Source: Clostridia bacterium
GTDB lineage: Bacteria; Bacillota; Clostridia; RGIG6154
Assembly (NCBI GenBank): GCA_045593265.1
Contig: JAZNWH010000054.1
Coordinates: 28,832-92,831 of the forward strand
Direction: 5' to 3'
Length of the DNA stretch: 64,000 nucleotides
A program made the position numbers and the translations under genes. The notes beneath the pieces were generated by a model that had not been told where the DNA came from, did not search any database, and saw nothing but the letters and a program-made list of their open reading frames with translations. Positions 9,769-18,694 of the stretch are shown here, in pieces. Each line of letters starts with the position of its first letter. The stretch's first letter is position 1.

Positions 9769-11234
9769 TTATGCCATTTTTGCAGTTGCATAGCCATTAT
9801 ATTCTCTAAGGAAATCTTCACCGGCACCGAACATTCTTATTCCTGCAGTTAAATCGTCATTAAAGCCGAATAAAAAGCTTGCATTGCCGAAATATTTGTC
9901 AATAATCTGAATTTTTATCTGTAACTGATTTTCGTGAGTCCATTTTGCAGAGGCTGCACATTTATAGTAATTGCCCTTTGCAAAAACAGTAGCAATCTCA
10001 TCGGAATACCCTTCTTGTGGGAATATGCCAAATTCATTCTGCCAAGACCGAAGTAAAGGGTCTTTTCGCCTTGCTCGTTAACATAATTAAATTCACATTT
10101 TCCGTCATCGCCAAAGTTAAATGTAAATTCTGTAATGCCCATAGGGTTTTCATTACAAATGTATTTTTTGCCGTTGATTTTTTCCTGAACAGGGGAATTT
10201 ATTTCGTTTTTAAGGAAATATAACAGTTTTTCTCCGATCGGTTCGCCTGTATATTCTTCAAGTGGGGAGTCTTGCGCATTACTGTAAATCAAATCAAAGT
10301 AATATTCTATAACAGTTGTTTTAAAGTGTTGGGAATCCATAGTGTCTGCGTTAATAACAAAAATCATATCTTTGTCGGGAGAACAAACTGCGTACTGACA
10401 ACCCATACCGTTAAAGTAAAATGAGTTTTCACGGGTTCTCCAGAACTGATATCCGTAACCGAGATCATCATGTTCCACAATACCAAAGGAAGAGTTATTA
10501 ATAAGATTTGATGTTGCAGTTTTTATGTATTCTTCATTAAGAAGCTGTTCTCCGTTCCATGAACCACCGTTTAAAACAAAACGTGCAGATTTTAATAAAT
10601 CCATAGATTTCATTATAAGTGCAGAATCGCTCCAGGAATGTCCGCCGGGGCAGGTGAGCATCTGTGCATCCTTTACACCTATTTTGTCAAAAAGCTTCTC
10701 ATTTAAGTATTCAACTAACTTTTTGCCTGTTACTCTTTCAACCATAGAACCTAAAATAAAGGAGCCTGTTGAATCGTAATTCCAGATAGTACCTGATGGA
10801 CGGGATTCTGTTAATGGATTTTCAAAATAAAACTTAACTCTGTCGTCAGTTTTGGCAGCGAACCAGTTGCGTTCAGGTTTTACTGTGCTCATCATAAGCA
10901 TATGCTTAATTGTCTGATTTTTGAAATTTTCGTCAGTGATGTTTTTGGTTTCTTCAGGAAAATATTTTGCTATTTTGTCATCAAGATTAATTTTCCCGTC
11001 CTGCTCTAAAAAGCCTACAGCAAGGGAAACAAAACTTTTGGTTACTGAGTACATTCTGTGCGGGAAATCGCGGTGGAATGGTGCCCAATATTTTTCAAAG
11101 TAAATTTCATTACCGCGAGCCATTATGATTGAATGTATGCAGCATCCTCTGTTTTCAAGAATATTAAGAAATTGTTTTAAATTTTCGGTGGATACGCCCA
11201 CCTTTTCAGGGGTTGTGTAATTAAACATATTCAT
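9769..11234 (-). pseudogene. Serine hydrolase (beta-lactamase family) interrupted by a -1 frameshift near 10040
   Basis: The S-x-x-K motif is present (YSVTKSF). The track ORF ends in junk (..GRMNLAYSHKKGIPMRLLLFLQ*). A second frame stays open for 94 codons, reading NEFGIFPQEGYSDEIATVFAKGNYYKCAASAKWTHENQLQIKIQIIDKYFGNASFLFGFNDDLTAGIRMFGAGEDFLREYNGYATAKMA, down to the stop at 9769. Confidence 0.6.
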
Positions 11235-11240
11235 TCTCCT

Positions 11241-12629
11241 TTACTTATACATTACAAGATATTCTTTTGTATTTTCAACCATTTCATTAAATAATTTCTT
11301 CGCATCTGCAATAGAGCAGGTAGTAAGTGCATCATTTGCAAACACATCAAAAATTTCATCAAGGGAGCGATTTGCTATTGCTTTATCAAGAGCTTCCTGC
11401 TGAGTACATGCTCTTGATATAAGAGGCAGAATCTGAGGTGGAATTTCTCCTGCCATAACAGGTGTTAAAACTCCGTCGCGGAAAACTGCATTGGTTTCAA
11501 CAACTGCTCCCATCGGAAGGTCAGGCAATTGTCCCTTATTGGGGATATTTACATTGGTTACCAAATCACAAAGGCCCAAAAGTGCTCTCATCTGGTCAAC
11601 ACCCTCTTCGCCTGTTGTTTTGATTTCCACTTTTTCTTTTCCGTTTCGGTAGTTTTCGCTCTTTTCAAGACGCTCTTGAAGATTTTTCTTTCTCCAGGAA
11701 ACGGGAGTTAATGAATAACACCAGGTGTTTACTGTGTCGGGGTCTTTTAAGTACCACTTGCCCGGACAGAATTCAGCTAAATGTCTGTCGCCTGCGGCAG
11801 CAATAACACCGTAGCGGTCAAAAAGGTCCATTTTAACCCTTTCTGCACTGCCGAAATTACTGTTGAGCCAATGTTTTTCATTTACATCTCCGTAGCCAAG
11901 CTCTTTATATTTTTCAACGAATTTTTTATAAACAGGGTATAAATCCATATTGTTATAGGTAGCTTCTGTAAGCCAGGTAAAGTGATTTACACCTACAGGA
12001 TTTACTTTGATATCCTGTCTTTTTGCTACATCAATATCGCAGAATTCCTTTAATGCCTTTCTTAAAATATCCTGTGTTGAAAAAACCTCATGACAGCATC
12101 CGAATGCTTTTATTTCAGGGAATACTCTGTAAAGAGTTTTTGTGCAAAGGGTCATAGGGTTAGTATAGTTTATTACCCAGGCATCGGGAGAATATTCTTT
12201 TATGTAAAGGGCAATTTCCTCATATATAGGAACTGTTCTCATAGCACGGATTATTCCGCCCGGTCCTGTTGTATCTCCTACTGACTGGAAAATTCCGTAT
12301 TTTTCGGGTGTGTGAACATCAGATTCCATATCATCAAAGGTTCCCGGAAGAATAGAGATGATAACAAAATCTGCACCGCTTAGAGCATCCTTTGGTGTTT
12401 TGCATGCGTGGTAATTCCAGTTTGATTTTGCACCCTCGCAGGAGTTGAACATATTTCCAATTTCTTCGTTGTGTACGGAGGCTTCAAAATCAATGTCGTA
12501 GAGATAAACATCACCTGATATATCGTCGCAGGAAACAAGGTCGCTCATAAGACCCCATGCCCAGCCACGGGAACCACCGCCGATATATGCAATTTTAATT
12601 TCTGTAACTTTATTATCTGTGCGTTTCAT
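11241..12629 (-). CDS. GH4-family glycosidase (alpha-galacturonidase / alpha-glucosidase type, NAD and Mn dependent)
   Basis: KIAYIGGGSRGWAWGLMSDL is the GH4 Rossmann N-terminus. CHEVF and NHFTW motifs are present. The start at MKRTDN has the RBS aaaggaa. Confidence 0.7.
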   Translation of the reverse strand: MKRTDNKVTEIKIAYIGGGSRGWAWGLMSDLVSCDDISGDVYLYDIDFEASVHNEEIGNMFNSCEGAKSNWNYHACKTPKDALSGADFVIISILPGTFDDMESDVHTPEKYGIFQSVGDTTGPGGIIRAMRTVPIYEEIALYIKEYSPDAWVINYTNPMTLCTKTLYRVFPEIKAFGCCHEVFSTQDILRKALKEFCDIDVAKRQDIKVNPVGVNHFTWLTEATYNNMDLYPVYKKFVEKYKELGYGDVNEKHWLNSNFGSAERVKMDLFDRYGVIAAAGDRHLAEFCPGKWYLKDPDTVNTWCYSLTPVSWRKKNLQERLEKSENYRNGKEKVEIKTTGEEGVDQMRALLGLCDLVTNVNIPNKGQLPDLPMGAVVETNAVFRDGVLTPVMAGEIPPQILPLISRACTQQEALDKAIANRSLDEIFDVFANDALTTCSIADAKKLFNEMVENTKEYLVMYK

Positions 12630-12757
12630 AGCTTTGTTCCTTTCATTAAATAATAAATTCTTATACAAGCTTATTCTACAACAATATTTTTTAAATTAAT
12701 ACTAATATATTGCTTTTTTTAAAGAAATGCTATAAAATATTGATGTGAGGTGGTAAT

Positions 12758-13525
12758 ATGTTTGTAGAAGAAACAGAAAATTTTTTCGTGGATAAATCCT
12801 TTTCAAATTTAAAAATGCCCTCAATGCACTGTCATTCAACCTATGAGCTGTATTATCTTGAGGCGGGAAGCAGAGAATACTTTGTTGAGGACAAGTTCTT
12901 TTCGGTAACATCGGGAAGCTTTGTTTTGATTTCGCCCTACAAGCTTCACAGAACAGGTGGCGATTATGCATCAAGAACTCTTGTTGGCTTTTCAAAGGAT
13001 TTTTTAAAGAAAACCTTTTCAGACTCTGCTATCGATAAAATTTTAAAATGCTTTGAGAAAACGCTGATAGTACCTACCGAAACAGAAAGAGAGTCCCTTG
13101 TTTCAAAATTAAGACAGATTGAAAATACAAAAGACGAAACCCTTGCATCTGTTGCACTTTTTTCTCTTTTGATAGAGCTTGCAGGGTGCAAAAGTGAAGT
13201 CTTTGGCGATGAACGTATAAGTGAAATAATTGAATATATCAACGAAAATTATTCTCATATACAATCAATAGAGCAAATTGCAGATAACTTTTACATATCA
13301 AAGTACCACCTTTGCAGAATGTTCAAAGCATCAATGAAAATGACGGTAATTGACTACCTTAACAGTATAAAAATAAAAAATGCCTGCGCATATCTTCGCA
13401 CAACCAATAAAAATATAACAGATATTGCACTTCTCACAGGCTTTAATTCTCCTACATATTTTACCAACGTCTTCAAAAAAATTATGGGCAAAAGCCCGTC
13501 CCAATATAAAAAAAACGGTGCATAA
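12758..13525 (+). CDS. AraC-family transcriptional regulator
   Basis: 255 aa. It has a cupin N-domain and a C-terminal double HTH (ISKYHLCRMFK...ITDIALLTGFNSPTYFTNVFKKIMGKSPSQY). It is divergent from the GH4 gene. Confidence 0.85.
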   Translation: MFVEETENFFVDKSFSNLKMPSMHCHSTYELYYLEAGSREYFVEDKFFSVTSGSFVLISPYKLHRTGGDYASRTLVGFSKDFLKKTFSDSAIDKILKCFEKTLIVPTETERESLVSKLRQIENTKDETLASVALFSLLIELAGCKSEVFGDERISEIIEYINENYSHIQSIEQIADNFYISKYHLCRMFKASMKMTVIDYLNSIKIKNACAYLRTTNKNITDIALLTGFNSPTYFTNVFKKIMGKSPSQYKKNGA

Positions 13526-13553
13526 GAGGTATGTTGTTAAGGACAGCAACGAT

Positions 13554-13588
13554 AAAAGGCTGAACGATTGATTTCGTTCAGCCTTTTA
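13554..13588 (+). terminator. Rho-independent terminator
   Basis: aaaaggctgaacga-ttgatt-tcgttcagcctttt. Confidence 0.8.
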
Positions 13589-13620
13589 TCGTAGGGTTCG
13601 GCGCTTTACAACAAACCCTA

Positions 13621-13647
13621 TTGTAGGGGACGATGCCCACATCGTCC
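13621..13647 (+). repeat. REP-like 27-nt palindromic element, intergenic copy
   Basis: ttgtaggggacgatgcccacatcgtcc is identical to the copy at 14888..14914 and to the reverse complement of 15050..15076. It forms a 9-bp stem (GGGACGATG / CATCGTCCC). Confidence 0.8.
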
Positions 13648-13723
13648 TGTTTTTAAGGTTTTAGGATATCCTGAATTATTGGAAGATGCGATACATCTTC
13701 CATGTTTGTTATAGGGGCGGACA

Positions 13724-14491
13724 TTATTTATACAGTGCTAAATCTGTAAATGCTACATAACAATCTCCAACTTCGTCAGATTTAACTTTAATTGTTAATT
13801 GGTTCACTCCTTTGACATCTAAGTCGAATTTAAATGAAGTTGATGTTGTAAGATACGGAATTTTATATAATAGTTTATTATCACCGTAAATCCATACATA
13901 TGCAGGAACTTGCGAATTCAATTGTCTATCCATAGTTGATGTTTTAATTTTTTTTGGAAGTAAAATGGTCCCATTAAAATTTTTATACTGGCTATTTAAA
14001 GGGTATGAAATTTTAATATCTGATTGATCTTCATCATCTTGTAGATATCCAGCGTATCTATACAATATAATACCATTGTTGTAAGTAGTACTATTATAAT
14101 CTTCAACAGTTCCATTTATAACTGCAAAATCAGCATTTGTTCTTGCTTCCTTATAATCATTATACTGCATCTTATGCAAATAATTATCAGGTTTTGTCTG
14201 GTCTTTCTTTCCAATGTAAACGCTCTGCGTTACTCCGTCCCACTCAACATCTTTACCAAAAGCATTGGAAATCGCACGAACAGGTAAGTATGTAGTTCCA
14301 TTCATTGTAAATGGTTCAACTACATTTCCGTTTGCATCCTTTGGAACAATTTCTCCGCCATCAATGTAAATTTTGATGTTGTTGTAGAACAACTCTGCAG
14401 TTTCGCTGATTTGCTTTGAAAATACAATTCCACTTGTAAACATTGTACCAATTAAAACACCTGCTATTAGCCCTTGTAATCTTTTTTTCAT
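13724..14491 (-). CDS. Secreted protein: copper-amine-oxidase-N-like stalk domain plus an NPCBM-like C-terminal domain
   Basis: Has a signal or anchor sequence (MKKRLQGLIAGVLIGTMF). NGTTYLPVRAISNAFGKDVEWDG is the stalk domain. The C-terminus (VWIYGDNKLLYK...LTIKVKSDEVGDCYVAFTDLALYK) resembles NPCBM/NEW2 modules. Confidence 0.5.
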   Translation of the reverse strand: MKKRLQGLIAGVLIGTMFTSGIVFSKQISETAELFYNNIKIYIDGGEIVPKDANGNVVEPFTMNGTTYLPVRAISNAFGKDVEWDGVTQSVYIGKKDQTKPDNYLHKMQYNDYKEARTNADFAVINGTVEDYNSTTYNNGIILYRYAGYLQDDEDQSDIKISYPLNSQYKNFNGTILLPKKIKTSTMDRQLNSQVPAYVWIYGDNKLLYKIPYLTTSTSFKFDLDVKGVNQLTIKVKSDEVGDCYVAFTDLALYK

Positions 14492-14587
14492 TTTGTTTTA
14501 CCTCCGTATATGTTATAGATTATGTTATATATCATAACATATGTTTGCAACATTTGTCAATATATAATATATGTGAGGTGAACTGTT

Positions 14588-14776
14588 ATGGAAGATAAGC
14601 TCATTATAAATAAAAAGAATTTAAAAGGGGAAGACGGATATAAAACATTCTCTGTTCGTATAAAAGAAGATACTGTTATAAAACTGAATAAACTGTCAGA
14701 AGAAACAAATCGCTCAAGAAATGAGCTAATTAACATTTTATTGGATTATGCTATTGATAATAGCAAGGTGAAATAA
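14588..14776 (+). CDS. Ribbon-helix-helix (CopG/Arc-like) DNA-binding protein
   Basis: 62 aa. FSVRIKEDTVIKLNKLSEETNRSRNELINILLDYAI shows the RHH pattern. Its stop overlaps the downstream start (ATAATG). Confidence 0.6.
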   Translation: MEDKLIINKKNLKGEDGYKTFSVRIKEDTVIKLNKLSEETNRSRNELINILLDYAIDNSKVK

Positions 14777-15270
14777 TGGATTTACCGAAACGCAAACCGA
14801 CAAGATTGAAAGGATATGATTATTCTACACCAGGAGCATATTTTATTACGATATGCGTAAAAGAGAGAAAAGAATTGTTGTCAAAAATTGTAGGGGACGA
14901 TGCCCACATCGTCCCGGGGAATAGTCTATCTAAAATCGGTTTGATATGTGATAAATATATTAATAATATAAACATTAAATACGAAAATGTAACAGTTGAT
15001 AAATATGTGATAATGCCAAATCATATTCATTTTATTATATTTCTTCACGGGACGATGTGGGCATCGTCCCCTACAAAGAATATTGAAACAATCATTCGTT
15101 CTTTTAAAACAATGGTAACAAAAGAAATTGGTTTTTCTATATGGCAGAGATCATATCACGACCATATCATTCGTGATGAAAAAGATTATCAGAAGATATG
15201 GGAATATATAGATACAAATCCATTAAAATGGAATTTAGATTGTTTTTACAATGACGAAACCGAGGCGTGA
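14776..15270 (+). CDS. REP-associated tyrosine transposase (IS200/Y1 HUH transposase-like, RAYT)
   Basis: 164 aa. KGYDYSTPGAYFITICVKERK...YVIMPNHIHFIIF (HUH motif)...WQRSYHDHIIRDEKDYQKIWEYIDTNPLKW (catalytic Y region). This is typical of RayT-like proteins. Confidence 0.75.
   Translation: MDLPKRKPTRLKGYDYSTPGAYFITICVKERKELLSKIVGDDAHIVPGNSLSKIGLICDKYINNINIKYENVTVDKYVIMPNHIHFIIFLHGTMWASSPTKNIETIIRSFKTMVTKEIGFSIWQRSYHDHIIRDEKDYQKIWEYIDTNPLKWNLDCFYNDETEA
14888..14914 (+). repeat. REP-like 27-nt element inside the RAYT coding sequence
   Basis: Exact copy of 13621..13647. It encodes IVGDDAHIVP. Confidence 0.8.
15050..15076 (-). repeat. REP-like 27-nt element, inverted copy inside the RAYT coding sequence
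   Basis: Exact reverse complement of 14888..14914. It encodes GTMWASSPT. The pair brackets the HUH motif. Confidence 0.8.
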
Positions 15271-15288
15271 ATTTCACACCTCGGTTTT
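15257..15288 (+). terminator. Terminator hairpin after the RAYT gene
   Basis: aaaccgagg...cctcggtttt spans the stop codon. Confidence 0.6.
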
Positions 15289-15325
15289 ACTGTCTTTACG
15301 GGTACCCCCCATAAGCACCTGCTTT

Positions 15326-17047
15326 TTACTTGCTGTATTTTTCAAGAAGCGATAATGTGTTTGTGTAGCTTGGGAAGATTGCATAGTTTTCTTCGATGGG
15401 GATATCGAAGGTTTTGGAAGAGTTGGGTGTAGTTGCCTCTTGTTTGTAATGTAAGGTTATTACATATTTGTTATCCTGAGAATACAAAAGAGTCCATGCA
15501 TCGGTGTTTTCGATATCTTTTTTCAGAGCATCGGTAAGGGCTGATATTTCTTCCTTTGAAACAAAGGCTTTTATAGGCTCCATATCCGACTTATTTATGA
15601 GAGTAAGCTCGCTGTAGCTTCTTTCTTCCTCTCTTAATATAGGCATATACAGAGATTTTAATTCTGTGTTTGCAATATCCGAAACAATTTTGTTATGATT
15701 TTCTCCAATAAGATAGCTTCTCTTTAAGGTTTCTCCATTTTTGAGATTATAAGTTATTACGATATCATGGTTTCCGTATCTTGGCTTAGAACTTGATGCA
15801 AGTGTTTTGTGGAAATTAATTATCTTTTTAATAGTTTCTCTGTTTGTGGCAAGAGGAGTATACTGGTCCTTATAATGAGCAACTCCTTCGGATGTGTAAG
15901 TGGTATTGTATGCATCGGTATGAGGAATATGCATACGGGCATTTTCAAGATAGTAATATCCTGAATATTCGTAAACGATGCTTTCCACATCATCCTCAAG
16001 GGGAATTCGTTTCTGAAAGCCTGTTATATCCAAATCGAACACTAAGAACAGCACAAAAACCAAAGCAAGGAACATACCTATTGGCTTGTAAAGCTTGGGA
16101 ACCTTAAAGCTTTTTGCAGAAATCATTGCAGAAATTACAATTCCCACAAGACCGAAAGGAATAAAGTAAAGGGCAGTCTGGTACATATCTGTGTTAACAG
16201 CAAGGAAATAAGCATAGCCTACAGCACCGAAAACAAGACCCGAACCCATTATAAATATAAGCTTAAGCTTAGGAAATGCCACTATTTCGCTGTGGTTTTC
16301 CAGATTTCTTTTTTTGTACACTAAAATTCCTGCAACAATAAAGACAACACATAAAATACTGTAAATTATTAAATGCAGAGGTGTACAGGGGTCCTTAAAG
16401 AAATATGCCTTCATAGTTACCAAGTCTGCATTGCTTAAATAAAAGCCGTGAAGCATTTCTGATGCAAAGCCTTTGAAGAAAACCTCCACACCAAGGGGCA
16501 GAAAATAGAATACATATGTAAACATAAAGCTCGCAAAGGTGTTTCCCATAAAGGTTGATACAAAGGATGCCATACAGAAAAATGTTATTCCGTAAGTCAG
16601 AGCTATATAAAAGCACTGATAGAGATTTCTGTTTGAAATTATATTTTCAACACCAAAACCTTTAACAATCAAAAATGATGCTAAAAGGTTAATCACAAGA
16701 GGAACAACAAACATTATAAGTCCCGTGAAAATATGAGAAAAATAAATAGTTGTTCTCGAATAAGGCAGTGAGTGGAAGAAGGTTACGTTTTTTCCTTTTT
16801 GCAGATAGGAAAATAACAGTGAGCCTAAAATTCCGCCCCCGATTATACCCATTAAAACAATAGCAAAATCGTTTACACCGATATAAATTTTATTGTCTGT
16901 ATAAACAGAGGTCTGGTCCAGAATATCCAGAAATAGCATAAAGGTGTAGTTTAAAGCAATTAAAAGAGTAAAAATTGCTGAAATCCACCAATAGCGTTTA
17001 AAATCTGATTTTATTATACTTTTAGAGAATAATGTTTTCAAATTCAT
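15326..17047 (-). CDS. ABC-2-type exporter permease (polytopic membrane protein with an extracytoplasmic C-terminal domain)
   Basis: 573 aa with at least 8 hydrophobic segments. It overlaps the upstream ATPase gene. Confidence 0.6.
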   Translation of the reverse strand: MNLKTLFSKSIIKSDFKRYWWISAIFTLLIALNYTFMLFLDILDQTSVYTDNKIYIGVNDFAIVLMGIIGGGILGSLLFSYLQKGKNVTFFHSLPYSRTTIYFSHIFTGLIMFVVPLVINLLASFLIVKGFGVENIISNRNLYQCFYIALTYGITFFCMASFVSTFMGNTFASFMFTYVFYFLPLGVEVFFKGFASEMLHGFYLSNADLVTMKAYFFKDPCTPLHLIIYSILCVVFIVAGILVYKKRNLENHSEIVAFPKLKLIFIMGSGLVFGAVGYAYFLAVNTDMYQTALYFIPFGLVGIVISAMISAKSFKVPKLYKPIGMFLALVFVLFLVFDLDITGFQKRIPLEDDVESIVYEYSGYYYLENARMHIPHTDAYNTTYTSEGVAHYKDQYTPLATNRETIKKIINFHKTLASSSKPRYGNHDIVITYNLKNGETLKRSYLIGENHNKIVSDIANTELKSLYMPILREEERSYSELTLINKSDMEPIKAFVSKEEISALTDALKKDIENTDAWTLLYSQDNKYVITLHYKQEATTPNSSKTFDIPIEENYAIFPSYTNTLSLLEKYSK

Positions 17048-17921
17048 AACCTTTGCCTCCTAATTCGTAAATAAATATTTCTTCAAGGGTAAGAGGAAGA
17101 ATATCAAGTATTTTGGGTGAATACTTTTCTATTTCCTGAGTAATTTCTTCTGTCTGTCCCTGAACAATCAGTATGTTAACACTTCCGAATTTTTCTTCGT
17201 GAAGTATGTTAAGAGAGTTTTTAAGTTCGACAGGTATTTCTGCATCAAAAGCAACCTGAATTTTGTGGGCAGAGCCTTTCATATCGTCAAGTGCTTTTTC
17301 TAAAATAAGCTTGCCCTGATGCATAATTCCAACGTGGTCGCACACATCCTCAAGTTCACGGAGATTGTGGCTTGATACAAGAACTGTTGTGTTATTCTCA
17401 GCTACGTCGGAAAGCATAAGTCTCCATACGTTTCTTCTCATTACAGGGTCAAGACCGTCAACAGGCTCGTCAAGGAGAAGAATTTCGGGTCTGGCACAAA
17501 CTGCAAGCCAGAACGCAACCTGTTTTTGCATACCCTTTGAAAGCCGGCGAACCTTTCTGTTTACATCAATTTTGAAAATATCCTTAAGGCTTTCAAAACG
17601 TTCCCAACTCCACAAAGGATAGGTTTTTGCATAAAATTTTGCTGTGTCAAGTATTGAATACGTGGTAAAGAAGTATAAATCATCACTTATAAAAACAGTT
17701 TTGCTTTTAACAGATGCATTTTCGAAGATTTTTTCTCCCATTACCAGTACATCACCATCAGTTTGCTTGTAAATTCCTGCAATAGCTTTCAGTATTGTTG
17801 TTTTTCCTGCTCCGTTAGGTCCTATAAGACCATATACTGCACCCTTTTGCACCGTAAGAGTGAGATTGTCAAGCGCTTTGAATTTATCAAAGGTCTTGGT
17901 AACATTTCTAACTTCAATCAT
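17022..17921 (-). CDS. ABC transporter ATP-binding protein
   Basis: Walker A (GPNGAGKTT), signature (LSKGMQK) and Walker B (LLLDEP) are present. The start is taken at MIEVRNVTK. Confidence 0.9.
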   Translation of the reverse strand: MIEVRNVTKTFDKFKALDNLTLTVQKGAVYGLIGPNGAGKTTILKAIAGIYKQTDGDVLVMGEKIFENASVKSKTVFISDDLYFFTTYSILDTAKFYAKTYPLWSWERFESLKDIFKIDVNRKVRRLSKGMQKQVAFWLAVCARPEILLLDEPVDGLDPVMRRNVWRLMLSDVAENNTTVLVSSHNLRELEDVCDHVGIMHQGKLILEKALDDMKGSAHKIQVAFDAEIPVELKNSLNILHEEKFGSVNILIVQGQTEEITQEIEKYSPKILDILPLTLEEIFIYELGGKGYEFENIIL

Positions 17922-18294
17922 CGTTTTTTCCCTCCTTGTACTGGGCATCTAAAATATTTTTAATATCCTGATAATCTGCTCCTAAAAATTTAAGCTTTGA
18001 GATAATTGTTTTAAGCTCGTCTGTAAGCTCACTTGTGTCGTTTTTCTTAATGGCAGCCTCCCTGGGTGCAACAAAATTTCCCTTTGCACGCAAAGAGTAA
18101 ATAAATCCCTCCTGTTCAAGCTCGTGATAAGCTTTTTGTATTGTGTTGGGGTTGATTGCAAGAGTAGTTGCCAGCTCTCTTACCGAAGGAATTTTATCAT
18201 TTTCCTTCAAAACACCGTTTATAACAAGATCTTTAATTTTTTCCTTTATCTGCTCGTAAACAGGTCTGCGGTCAGCATAATTAAGCTGAAACAT
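17914..18294 (-). CDS. GntR-family (YtrA subfamily) transcriptional repressor
   Basis: 126 aa. PVYEQIKEKIKDLVINGVLKENDKIPSVRELATTLAINPNTIQKAYHELEQEGFI. Confidence 0.85.
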   Translation of the reverse strand: MFQLNYADRRPVYEQIKEKIKDLVINGVLKENDKIPSVRELATTLAINPNTIQKAYHELEQEGFIYSLRAKGNFVAPREAAIKKNDTSELTDELKTIISKLKFLGADYQDIKNILDAQYKEGKNDD

Positions 18295-18311
18295 ATCTTT
18301 CCTCCTTCCGT

Positions 18312-18341
18312 GTACTAACTGTACTACTATAGATAGTACAC
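18312..18341. promoter_or_regulatory. Probable YtrA-type operator overlapping the promoter of the GntR-ABC operon
   Basis: gtactaactgtactactatagatagtacac carries GTACTA/TAGTAC inverted and direct repeats. On the minus strand it overlaps a TTGACA-17-TACTAT promoter. Confidence 0.45.
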
Positions 18342-18390
18342 TAAAAATTTATTTTTGTCAATACTCAAAATGAAAAATTTTTCGTAAGTA

Positions 18391-18419
18391 TTGTAAAATG
18401 ACGATTTTTATAGTATAAT
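18391..18419 (+). promoter_or_regulatory. Sigma-A-type promoter (TTGTAA-17-TATAAT)
   Basis: ttgtaa aatgacgatttttatag tataat, with the RNA starting around 18426. Confidence 0.55.
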
Positions 18420-18425
18420 AATTAA

Positions 18426-18656
18426 GCTACCACTTTTTTAATATTGCCGTAAAATCGGCAAATAATAGTTGAATAAATTTCATACCCGAGAGGTACGCTA
18501 TTTGTAAAAAGCGTACACTCTTGTTTCGTCATACTCTTGGGTATAATTATTCGCTTGATGTTATGGTTAAAAAAGTGTGTAGCAACCTTTTGAAACAGAG
18601 TCCCTGCGTTTTTTTGTGCGTAGCTTCTCTTGTGAAAGGGAGCTGCGCACTTTTTT
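18426..18656 (+). ncRNA. Unclassified structured 5' leader (riboswitch-like) ending in an intrinsic terminator
   Basis: Long-range helix gctaccacttttttaa / ttaaaaaagtgtgtagc. Inner hairpins are ttgccg..cggcaa, atacccgagag..ctcttgggtat and gtacgct..agcgtac. The terminator is gtgcgtagct...agctgcgcac plus tttttt. It is paralogous to 28273..28430. Confidence 0.4.
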
Positions 18657-18694
18657 ATTATAATTAATAAAAAACAGAGATAAGGGAAATAAAA

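Noticed and set aside
18426-18656. Assigning the structured leader to a known class. I considered T-box, PyrR site, guanidine-I/ykkC, Mn yybP-ykoY and THF.
   Set aside because: There are only short partial resemblances (CCCGAGAGG versus the PyrR/ykkC cores, GUGUAGCAAC versus yybP). The defining conserved blocks of each class are absent.
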